From Aplysia californica (Eukaryota), in contig NW_004797325.1 in assembly GCF_000002075.1 (NCBI RefSeq), positions 719,053-783,052 of the forward strand: a stretch of DNA of 64,000 nt. The letters run 5' to 3'. The notes beneath the pieces are model-generated. The model saw only the letters and a program-made list of their open reading frames with translations. It was not told the DNA's origin and made no database searches. Position numbers and translations under genes: made by a program. Of this stretch, positions 26,926 through 38,483 are shown in pieces (position 1 is the stretch's first letter; each line of letters begins with the position of its first letter).

Positions 26926-27699
26926 CAGTGGAATCTTGTTATAACGAGAGGGAGGGGACCGGTGCGAAATGTCCATTATAGCAGGATTCTCGTTATTGGG
27001 ATCCAGTAATAAATTCAAGGGAAATAGTAAAGTAGACCTATTCTATGAGATTGGTCTTCTGTTTATTCCTTTTTGTATTTCCCCTGATGATGATTTTGTT
27101 CAACATGATCAAAAATCGAATCAGGTTTCTTTCCTAGCACTAGCAATGTTGACAAATCGGCTTTGGCAATTAAGAAAGTAGGGGCTCTGGCTCTAGGCTA
27201 ACTTGCCCGCTGTGTTGTTCCCCACCCCACCACACCTTGTGGTGCGTTGCGTCTGCTTGCGCACGCCACACATTCACTCCATCTATCACAGCATTGTGAC
27301 CTCTCCATCCCGCACCAGAGAAGTGAGAGGCACGGTAGGCTTAGATAATCTAGACTGGGCCGGCCTATCGCGTGATGCGTTCTGCTTGTCTGCGAATGCT
27401 ACACCCTCCCCACTCATTCGCTCCGGCCTTCATTGTTGGTTCGCTTGGGCTCTCCCCTTCTTTGTTTCGCTGGATCACCAACTTTCTCAACTGGCAAGGT
27501 TTTATAATATATGTTTAATTGGTCTGTGTGCTGTGCACAGCAGCAGCATTATTCTGCTATAACCAACTCGCGTGACTATCTGATTGCGCAATAGCAGTAT
27601 TTTATTTACAAAGATAAAGAAGGGAAAAAACGGGGTTTTAGAATAGTGTCTTTATAGCATTCTCGTTGTTTCAGGACTCGTTATAAGTGGACTCCACTG
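26926..27699. mobile_element. pogo/Tc1-mariner-like MITE family E copy 1
   Basis: TA|CAGTGGAATCTTGTTATAACGAG...CTCGTTATAAGTGGACTCCACTG|TA; colinear with 30450-31311. Confidence 0.88.
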
Positions 27700-28995
27700 T
27701 AATAGTATACAAGGAATGAACTGTCCTGTTTTGATTATTTTATATGTCGTCTTCATTACGAACTTAGGATGTGGGTGCTCTGGTGTGGTTTGCTTCTTCT
27801 TTCCTATCAAACATCTATTGTCCTTATCTCCACTTCTTCTTTTTTATATTTGTTACTCTCTTGTAACACCTAATATTCTGGCGCTCATATGACCTTATGC
27901 AGTTGCGAGCACCGTAAAACCTCTACTAAAAAAAAAAAAACGAACTGAGGATGAGCTCCATGTACACCTGTCTGATCTGACATTTGGTTATTTCAGTTCT
28001 TAAAATGAATGGGGACTGTTTTCAGGCCTGTCCCAGTATGATAATGATAAAAATGACTGATGAACAGTACTGGCAGTACTGGTGTGCGTTTTAAATATTA
28101 TAATATATAATATAATCTGAATTGAGTGATTTAATTCGCTTGTCTTACTAACTGTATACAAGTGCACATTGGACTGATTAGGCCTGCACTACATGAATCT
28201 ACTGTGTAAGAAAGCAACTTTCTTCATTATTGCTGTCACTGTGACGTGTCTTGTCTGTATCTCATTCTCTGTCGACTTTCCACACCTGAAGAAACACTTG
28301 TGCCTATGCCTCATCCCCTCAGACAAATACACTGACACTTACTAACAGCAACCTAACCAACACCTGACCGCTCTCTTGACCCAGGCACAGCGCACATTAA
28401 ACATCATGTCTGACTCGTGTTGGTGTGAGAGAAGGCTTCTGATCGGACAGAACATGTATAAGCCAGCATAGTCAAACCTCGTTACACCGCCACCAATAAA
28501 TACTGACCCATAATATTAATAGACTAGCTTCTGATCTGGCATAATTGTAAAATTTGAATTGGCGACATAAACTTCATTTTGAGCTGTACATATGAAGTTG
28601 GTTGGTACTCATTAATCCCTTGCACTTGCGCATAGCAATCGTGCAAGACATCTATCTCTGGATAAGTCAAGACAGGCCACTATTTATTTGTCTCTGGTTT
28701 CCACCAATAGCTTACACTTACACTATTCAAGATGACAAAAAGTGCTCTTCCACTTCCATTATAAAATAATTATACTACTGCCGCCAACTTCATGCTCGTC
28801 TTGGGGTAGGCAGCAAAACAAATTTTGACTTTATATCATATAATACCATAAAAAAGACCCCTTTCAAACACAGATCACACAGCAGAATTGTGTTCCTTGA
28901 TGTTTGGCAGTCGGACAGAGGAACCCTGTTGAACCGCCAGCCCTGCTGTTCCGCCAACTTTATGCTCGTCCCGATGGGGGCGGATAACGTGGTTT

Positions 28996-30421
28996 GGGGC
29001 TGTTCATAATCTTACACCCGGAGGGGGGGGGAGGGGGTCTTTGGCTCCTGTAAGAAAGGGAGGGGTGGAGGGTGTCTTGAATCAATGAAATATTACACTT
29101 TTGTGAGGTGAAGCAATTTAAGGGAAAAAAAGGGTGGCCTTTGTCAAGAAAGGCTGCATGGTGTGAAGAGGCCACAAGGAATGTGGAAAATATTTTTCAA
29201 GTATTGCAGCATTGAATTTGAATTGAATAACTGAAGAGGCACAGGGCTTTACATAGGAAGAAATGGAGGTGGAGGAAAAGGAGACAGAGCAGAAAGTTGG
29301 AACAGGACCCAATTTGGAAGACAGCTCAGCACATCATAATGATGAACACTGCCTTTGTTGATTATAACCAACCGGAGACGGAGACAAAAAAGTATCTCCG
29401 TTATAACTAATTTCACTTTTTGTTTTAATCATAAATGATAAGCAGTAACAGATACAGTGGAATCCTGATAAAGTCAACTCCTGCTTACAGTCAACACCTC
29501 ACTGTGGTCCCGTTTCTTACCTCCTTTGTTTAGGTAATTGTGTTTCTGATACCGTACATCATGTACAGTCAACCGCTTGACGTTAACCTTGCGTGTAAAG
29601 TTAGTAAAGTCAACAATTTGGGGCTAAATCCCAAGATGAATTCATTTAAAAGAAGAGATACATGTATTTCGGTCCTGAGCTAGTGGTGTACACACCTCCA
29701 TGTACTTTGTTCACTCATCATCTCTTGTTTTGGTGACAACTTCCGAATTATGCTTACTGAATCACTGAAATTGAGCTAACATCTTGTTACCAGGTAGCCT
29801 ACTTTGTAATTTTTAAATATTATTTATGTACACGTATGATATCTAAAATTCTGTGTTTGTGTTCCGCGCAATTTACCGATCTTAAGATTGCGCTACACGT
29901 TTTAACGATCGTATAAATTAAATGCCTGGCAATCTTAATTCTTAAGATTGTGGGGCAATTTTAAGATTGCGCTGGGCTTTTTAACAATTACATGTATATA
30001 ATTGTATCATTCTTGTGAGCTCTTCATTTTCATATGTATCTAATTTTCATTTTCATATTTTGCACTTTTGAAAATATACATGATGAATGTTCCTTGATGT
30101 GAGTAAAAAAAGAATAAATATATGGAGTGAATTATATGATCATTAAAATGAGCAGCGCAATCTTAAGATTGCCGCGCAATTATATGATCGTTAAAACGCG
30201 CAATCTTGCGCTGAACATGATACATGTATGCATGTTCTTCATGAATATTATGTAAAGTGCATGGAACAATGATTGTAACACGGATTTGTGCAATATAAAT
30301 GTCATATTATTAGTATTATAAGCGAACAATATAACTTATATTGTGTAAGAAAAGTGTAAGAAGGAGGGGGAGGGGGGTCAAAAGTCCCCAAAAAGGTGTA
30401 AGATTATATTTGAACAGCCCC
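28996..30421. mobile_element. PIF/Harbinger-like TIR element, probably with nested repeats
   Basis: GGGGCTGTTCA..AATCTTACAC / GTGTAAGATT..TGAACAGCCCC, flanked by TTT on both sides; related end at 42070. Confidence 0.55.
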
Positions 30422-30449
30422 TTTGACTGTACTGTACTAGAATTAATTA

Positions 30450-31311
30450 CAGTGGAATCCTGTTATAACGAAAGGGATGGGACCGGTACGAAATGTCTGT
30501 TATAGCAGGATTCTCATTGTAAGGGATCGAGTAATAAAGTAGGCCTAATCTATGAGTTTGGTGTTTTGTTTACTTCTTTTTGTTATAATAAATATCTCCT
30601 CTGATGATGGTTTTGTTCAACATGACCTCTAGGTCTTACTTGATCAAAAATTGAATCAGGTTTCTTTCTCTAGCATTAGCGATGTTGACAGCTTGGCGTT
30701 GGCTATCAGAACGAAAGTAGTCTAGGCTAACTCGCCTGCTGTGTTTTCCCCCACCCCACCACACCCTGTGTTGCGTTCCCGCGTTTGCTTGCGCGCGTCA
30801 CACATTTGCCCCAAGATCTAGACGGTCAGAGAGAACGTATAGCCCATGATCCATCACAGCACTGTGACCTCTCCATTCCCGCATTGGAGAAGTGAAGGGC
30901 ATGGTAATGGTAGGCCTAGATAATCTAGACTAGGCTGGCTTATCACGTGATGCGTTCTGCTACACAACGGCTTGTCTGCGCGTGTTACACCCTCCCCACT
31001 CATTCGCTCCAGCCTTCATCTTTGGCATACATGGGCTCTCCCATTCTTTGTTTCGCTTGATCACCAACAAGTTTCACAACTGGCCAGGTTTTTTTACATC
31101 ATGTATAAATGGCCTATACGATGTGCACAGCAGCAGCAATATTCCGCTATAACTATAACCGACTCGCGCGTTTATCTGAATGCGCTGTATAGCAGTATTT
31201 TATTTACAAAGATAAAGAAAGAAAAAAAAACGGGGTTTTTTTAGTTTTAGAATAATGTCTTTTTAACAGACTTCTCTTTATTTCAGGACTCGTTATAAGT
31301 GGACTCCACTG
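30450..31311. mobile_element. pogo/Tc1-mariner-like MITE family E copy 2
   Basis: Same TIRs and TA flanks as 26926-27699. Confidence 0.88.
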
Positions 31312-32059
31312 TACAACGAAGCTATGTTTTCTTTAAAAATATTCAGCTCCTTTCTTTCTTTCAGAAGATTCGTATTATTCATACGGTTTAGTGTTTAGCA
31401 TGCACTCATGCATTTAGGTCTAGACCTATATTACATGTACTATTACTATATATATAAATAGCAAACAGATTTTCAGGTCTCAAACTAGTACATGTAGGCC
31501 TACAATGTTCAGTACAGCAAAATTAACATAAACTCATAAAGATTTCTGTGTCCCGCTGATTTCGCTATGCCTTAGACTGTAAGTGTAAGACTGTTTGTTA
31601 TGAGTTGTGTTTCTAATATATATCAAATCAGTCAGTTCTATTTTAGAGCTTTCATTACTTTCAAATTGACTCTGAATATAAATAACATAACATTCATGGT
31701 ACAGGTATGATGTAAAATGTTTCCATTTCCTTCTAAACGCGGGCTTCCGATCCTGCGTGTCACATGGCCAAACTGGGTCAAGAGGGACACAACATCCAAG
31801 TCCAAGCTGAAAGACAGGGATACAATGGAAACCATATAATAACAGGCCCGGTAATCAGGGATTTTTAAATCCCGTTTTTTTTCTACTTTGTCTCTATTAA
31901 AAGTTATTTGCAATTACAGGGCATCATCGGAGCCCAATCGGTTATATAGTATAGCAGGGACAAAAGCTCCTTAACAATGTGTAAAAAGTAAGAGAGAGAG
32001 AGTGTGTAACGCAGTGATGGAGCAAGCCCACGCCACTGCAAGCACACGCAGCGTGTGAA

Positions 32060-32194
32060 ACGAGAGAGGGCTGCGGTGTGCAGCAGACTTCGATCTAGCC
32101 CTAAGCCACTGCCACGAGAGAGGGCTGCGGTGTGCAGCAGACTTCGATCTAGTCTAGCCCTAAAAGCCACTGCCACGAGAGAGGGCTGCGGTGT
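32060..32194. repeat. Short tandem repeat, about 2.4 units of about 55-60 bp
   Basis: ACGAGAGAGGGCTGCGGTGT recurs three times. Confidence 0.9.
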
Positions 32195-32562
32195 ACTTGT
32201 GGCAAGGGAAACTACCCATGAATAAATACAGCTGGATTAGTCCACAAATGCTTATTTTCCTTGCATTTCTGATTTAATAGGTATCTGATATAAAAGAACT
32301 TTTTCTCTGGTCCCATGACCCCTGGTATATCAGGTTTCCACTGTACTCAACTCGATAAAAATTCTCCTTCACTCAGAATTGGACTCAGGTCACTAGCGTG
32401 TAACAGTGAAGCACCTCATTGATCATTGCTACACCACAGACACCAGTACATTTTAAAAAAAGTGAATTTGTGTAAGAGTTATCATAACGGGTGGAAAAAA
32501 AAGCACAGAAAGCACAGGGTATGTACAACAACTTTTAATATTTGGTACAAGTACAAGACAGG

Positions 32563-32955
32563 TCAAGAAGCCTCATTAATCTCTTCAAGCTCCTCGTTTG
32601 ACACAACTCCGGCACTGACCTCTAATCTCTTCACATCATTAGCAGAAATTTTCCTTAATTTCAAGTTCTGAATATACTTTGGTTCGCCATCCCACTTCTT
32701 GAAACTTTCTAAATGTTTCTTGTTTATCAGATCAGGCACTTCAATTCCAGAGCCTTCAAACTGGTGCGTTTCATCTTCTATTGTCATCTTGATTGAAGAT
32801 TCTCTTGCAGCATGTTGCCTTGTCTGTCCTTGTCGGTTCCCAACACTTTGGACAAGTCTTATCTGGTCCAGCTCGTCACTGAATCGGTTGCGGTACTCTG
32901 TGACAAGGTCAATCATGTCTTGCTTTGTGTACAGATGCCTGTCATCCAAGTTATC
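32563..32955 (-). CDS. TMA16: TMA16 coding exon 2 (stop)
   Basis: ttccctag acceptor; DNLDD...RFSDELDQI...RQHAARE...FEGSGIEVPDL...FKKWDG; total 193 aa. Confidence 0.95.
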   Translation of the reverse strand, partial: DNLDDRHLYTKQDMIDLVTEYRNRFSDELDQIRLVQSVGNRQGQTRQHAARESSIKMTIEDETHQFEGSGIEVPDLINKKHLESFKKWDGEPKYIQNLKLRKISANDVKRLEVSAGVVSNEELEEINEAS

Positions 32956-35434
32956 CTAGGGAAGACAAGAAAGAACACGACATGATGGTGAAAGGTAATA
33001 AGGTATGAATTATTGATTTTTATCTTTAATTTTACAGGAATATCACATTTGGTAATAAAATAACACAGGTAAATAATTTCACTGCACAAAGCAGAATTAG
33101 CACTCAAATTTTTAGCCTAGTATAATATACAGACGTTTTACTGTAATAATACTGATTGTCTTGCGGTGCACCATACCTTTCGGTCTTGGGAAAAGTGGAA
33201 GCAAAAAAGGACACGGTTATTGCGTAGTGATGTCATATATATAATAGAGATCTAGATCTACACCTAAGCCCACGTTAAAAAAAAATTGAGGTACTATGTA
33301 GGCCTTTAAAATAAATGCCTTTTATTGAAATTGTATTTTTATTTCTACGTTAAGTACCCGGTATCACTATTGTCAAAATTACTAGATCTAGATCTATGAA
33401 ATATCTGACAATGACAACACATGCAAAAAAATCAATCCAACCATTGCATACATGCTGTGCGTTGTTTCTGAAGCAGTGATAATGGTTTTCGATATTACTG
33501 TTGGACTTCCAAAAGATCTAGCAGATTAGACCTAGAGTTACTTACTTTACTGTTGTGGCAAGTAAATTATATGAGTACGGTAATTTATTAAATTAAATTA
33601 TATCAAAGATCCTGTGTGTAAGTATGCGCATGTGTGTGTTCAGTGACAAGGTGTGTGCTTGTGTTGGGGGAATCATAGCTGCCACTCAGGAATTTTTAAA
33701 AAAGGAGGAAATTCATGCGAAAGCGGACGCGCGCTCTCCGAAGGCCGGAGTAAAACCAGTGAGATCCAGAGGCAATATACTGGAAAATCTAGCCTATGGT
33801 TTTGGAAGGGAAAACTGTCATATTTGTTAACCATAGGCAACTGAATTTAAATGTATTTGAAGGAAAAAAAACAAAAACAACCCAACAGAGGCACTAAGTA
33901 GACTAACAATAACAAGCATTTGAATCAATTTGACACAATTTTGACTTGGTGACTAAAAATCCAGTGTTTGTTGCAAGCTGGTGTCTTATAAAAAGATTTC
34001 TTTCACTTTAAACTAAATTAAACTTTACATCGATGTACAGCGCGCGCAGTATTGGATAAAGGAGGCAACACCTTTGCCGCTGTACTGAGCACTCCTGTAC
34101 AATTGCGGTCCCGTTTGCACTTAACTTAGTAGATCTTTCTAGATCTAGTCCCTCTGTAGTGTGTAGACCTAACCTGAATTAAAATTATAGCCTAGGCTAT
34201 CTAATCAATTCTAATCTAGATCTAGATCTAGAATCTAGATATATATCAAGGCCATCTCTATTCTCACCCCAGGCAAGTCTTTTGGCTATTCTCACCCGCT
34301 GGGCGTTCACCGTTATAGCCTATGCCAACCAGTGAAGCGTTCACCCTGAACCACAGAATTCTACACTGTGATAACAGAATTATTATAGAATTCTGTGCTG
34401 TGAACAAACGTTCTAGATCTAGATCTATTACTACTGTTAGTGTTAGCCTAAAAGCATGCAATTTTGTCTGTGGGCAGTGGAGAGAGAGAGAGAGGAGTAG
34501 CGCGAGAACTTCCGGGCAAAACAAAATGGCGACCCGCGTAGTTCGGCTCGATTCGGAAAGTTAAATAGCCGTAGCATCTTTGTAGACAACCAAATTAATT
34601 TAGTTATAATTTTGTATTTTAACATCATTTTTAAACTTTTTTGGTCAATTTGATCGTCCACACCGATAGACAGTATTCAGAAAGAGACACACACAGAGAG
34701 AGAGGGGAGGAGTAGATCTTGCGAGAACTTCCGGGCAAAACAAAATGGCGACCCGCATAGTTCGGCTCGATTCGAAAAGTGAAATAGCCAAAGCATCTTT
34801 AAAGACGATCAAATTAGCTTACTTTTGTGCTATAACGTAATTTTTTCTTGGCTTTTATCAATTTGATCATCCACACAGATAGACAGTATTCCAACATGAG
34901 GAAAAACAGGTCTTGTTTCACACCGGGTGAGAATAGCCTATGCTGGCAAGTCTCACCCGGGGTGAGAGGTAGATCGTATTTTTATTCTCACTCCGGGTGA
35001 GAATTAAAGAAATAAGCGAGGCTTACCTTGGAAGGTGAAGCTTGTTTCTGATTTTACCGACTATGTCGTCAGGAACGGAGTGGTAAGATGAGAACCGCCG
35101 CGCTTCCCGCCACTGGTCACACTTTAGATCGCTCATAGGCACAGGAACATTTCAGATACAGATAGAATCTATACACTTTAGGGAGGGTTTAATTTATTCA
35201 TGTGAAACATGTATGTATAATAATATATAAAGGGAGGGCATCTTACCACTCCGTTCCTGACGACATAGTCGGTAAAATCAGAAACAAGCTTCACCTTCCA
35301 AGGTAAGCCTCGCTTATTTCTTTAATTTCACCTCCTATGACGTCAGGAAGTCCTGGTAATATGAGACTTTAGAGCTGTGACTATGAGCAAAGGACGCAGA
35401 ACAAAGATATCTTTTTCAGTTTGGTTCAGCACAT

Positions 35435-36431
35435 TTATTTAGCTTTCCAATAAGCACTTAACAATGCTTGTCCAAAATTACAGGTAGTTAGCTTCTTGTA
35501 AAACTTAGCAAATGTGTCCTCTTGGGACCATCCAGCTGCCTTCATTATGTCATACACTGGCAGTCCACATCGTGAGGCTGCAGACGTGCTAGCAGCCCGA
35601 GTGCTGTGAGCAGTGTAAACAGAAATGTCAATGCCTGATGGCTCTAATATTGCTTTTATCCACCTTGCAATGGTGTCTCTACTGACTGGCTTAAATGGGC
35701 TCTGAAAACTCAACAGCAGCTGTGTTGTTTGATGCTGTACACGGTGCTCTCTAGTTCTTGAAAGGTATTCTTTCAGGACTTCTATGATACAAATGTTTTT
35801 ATTTTGAGGGAAATGAGCTAATTCGATCGGCTGTAAATGATTCCCTTTTCTGGAGTGTTTTAACAAGGTATCCATAATAAATATACATTTCTCGTCTGTC
35901 ATTTTCATATTGTGAGTGCTGAGTTTGTGAATTGTTTGACATCTCTGTCCTGTAAGTAAAGCTAATAGCATTACCAGTTTATAAGTAAGTTCCTTTTAAA
36001 AGGGAAAGAGAATCATTTGGAACCCATGTTTCCAGGACATTAAGGACTTGTTTGGGGTCCCAAGTAATATGTTTTGAGGATCTAGGCAAACTAGGCCTTT
36101 CTCTAAACACTCCATTCATAAATCGTTTGACAGTAGGAAGATTACCAAATGTGGTATGATCATGAGTATTCAAGCAGCAGGATAAAGCAGAGCGAGCTAT
36201 ACACAAAGAGGAATAGGATAAACCCTGGTCGTATTGCCTGGCTAAAAAATTTATGGCAACGTTCACAGGCGGTGAAACCGGATCCACATGGTTCTTACAA
36301 GCGAACCTTTGCCACTGAACAATATATTGTTCATACGTCTTTTTAGTTTCTGATCTCCAAGATGCCATAAGGAGCTTGGTTGCTGATTCAGAAAGGCCTC
36401 TGCTTTTGTAGGCATTCCGGACACTTTGCAT
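35435..36431 (-). pseudogene. DIRS ORF3 tyrosine recombinase, split by one frameshift near 35995
   Basis: N-part from ATG 36431 (ORF 35979-36668) and C-part (35435-35971) with TGQR, HSTR, AAGW and FAKFY catalytic motifs; a +1 shift restores KELTYKLVMLLAL. Confidence 0.92.
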
Positions 36432-38483
36432 ACCAATAACCTCAGTCTCTTGTGTAAGGGATGTACTCTGTAAGGATCGCTCGGAAGATGTAGGAGATTC
36501 TGCCGAGCAGACAGGATGACAGGGTTCTTGATCAACATCCTCATCAGCACAGGGTAAAACGTCTGCGTGGGCCAGTATGGAGCTATGAGAATGCCCGTCG
36601 CTTTGTCTGCCATTATCTTGTTGAGAACCCTGGTAATCAGAGAAAATGGCGGAAAAGCTAGAAAACATTTCTTTCCCCAGTTTATGCTAAATGCATCTAT
36701 GGCAAAAGCATCAGGATCTGGTTTATATGACACGTATGGTTTCAGCTGGAAGTTTATCCTTGATGCAAATAGATCAATTTGTGGCACAGAGTGCAAGATT
36801 TTGAGTGAATCTCTTAATAATGCTTTGTTAAGCATCCATTCAGTGTCAACATTGACATTTCGACTCTCGGAGTCAGCAACTATATTTTGTTTTCCAGAAA
36901 TGTGGGCTGCACTTAACCAGATATGCTTATAAATGCCCCACATCCAAAGCTCTTGAGCAATACTGTTCAGTTTTTCTGACTTGCAAGAGCCCATCTTGTT
37001 TATACATGAAACAGCAGAAGTGTTGTCAAGAAACAGTCTGACATGAATATATTCTGCACCCTTAGTGAATGTTTTTAATGCAAAAAAGGCCCCAAGCAAT
37101 TCTAATTCATTTATATGGTAAAAATTCAATTCCTGAGCGGTCCACGCACCACCTGTTTTGACACCATTGCAGAATGCACCCCAACCTTTGAGACTGGCAT
37201 CACTTGTTATGATCAGTTGCGGGTCACCATGGGATATAGGGGACGTGGCATTATCAATATGGGAGTTCCACCAATTAATTTCTGTTTTCGATGCCTGACT
37301 GAGACGCATCTCTTGATCCCACTGACCTCTATGTATTTTCAGTGCCTTTTTCTTATCTTCTTCTAAGTTTCTATAGTAAAGAGGTACATGTTCCATGGCG
37401 GGAAAAGTGGAAATCAAAGTTCCAATCAGAGCTGCTATTTCTCTTATTTTGTTCTTTTTCTGCCCCATCACTTTTCCACACATATATTTGATCTTTTCTT
37501 GTCTTTCCTGTGTCAGTGACACACTCATTGACCCAGAATCAACAACGAATCCTAAGTATTTGATTCTTTGTGTAGGTTGTAACATTGACTTTTCTCTGTG
37601 TATCGTAAACCCCAGTGAATCCAATAGATGAACCGTATCTAAGACGTTCTTCAGGCATTCTTCTTTCGTTGTACCAATTAAAAAGGAATCGTCAAGGTAT
37701 CCTGTGCTGATATGTCCTAACCCATGAAGGTATGCATACAACGGTTTCATTATTTTTGTGAAGTTTCTGGGTGCTTGACTCAACCCATTAGGGTAGCATG
37801 TGAAGGTATATCTTTGGCCCTTCCATATGAATTTTAGGAATTTCCAGTGCGATTCTGCAATGGGAACATGGTAGTAGGCAGAGGCCATATCTACACTTGC
37901 CATCCAACAGAATGGAGTAATTAAAGCGAGGGCAGCCTTAAAAGTTTCCATTTTGAACTTTTCGTAGTGGACATTTTTGTTTAGATTTTTTAGATTTAGG
38001 ATCAATCTTATAGAATTGTCCTGTTTCTTTCTAGTGAATATTTCTGAGATAAATTCTCCCACTTCATAATTTGATTTAACAATCACTTTCTGAGACAACA
38101 GCTTTTCAATTTCCTGATCAATAGCATTTATGTCTCCTTTGTCTATGGCGTAGACCGAGTCTTTGCCTGATTTTGTAGGAACGATGTCCTCAAATACGAT
38201 GTAGGTGCCTTTTATCATCTTAAGGATTTCCAAATCAGATGTAATTTCTAACCACTCATTTGAACAATGTGCTAGCTGCCCTGCTTCAAATATTTCTGGT
38301 GTATGGCAGAGTGTGTCTAAGTCAAACTCTGTTAATAGAGCTTCTCTTACTTTTACTGAGGAGGCAGTTGTTTTCTTCTCCTGTACTGGGAGTTGTGGCC
38401 CCGCTTGTGTGCTGGCCCTTGACTCTTCCACTTCGGGAATTGGCTGTAGCCTCTGTGGTCTAAAAAAGGCCTCCCAGGTTTGT
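36263..38483 (-). CDS. DIRS ORF2: reverse transcriptase, RNase H and adenine-methyltransferase-like domain
   Basis: RLILNLK, DMASAYYH, YPNGL, YLDD (RT); SDAS, HINELE, LDN, ADSESR (RNase H); IDLFAS and FPPF (MT). Frame is open from 38483 with no ATG near its start. Confidence 0.95.

Noticed and set aside
29455-32343. Single large TA-flanked element bounded by CAGTGGAA(T/A)CCTGATA
   Set aside because: Similarity stops after about 15 nt and the span would cross the boundary of the 28996-30421 element; more likely ends of two separate pogo-like elements
35990-36000. Programmed -1 frameshift in the recombinase at T TTA AAA
   Set aside because: The downstream YR half is in the +1 frame; the -1 frame closes within a few codons
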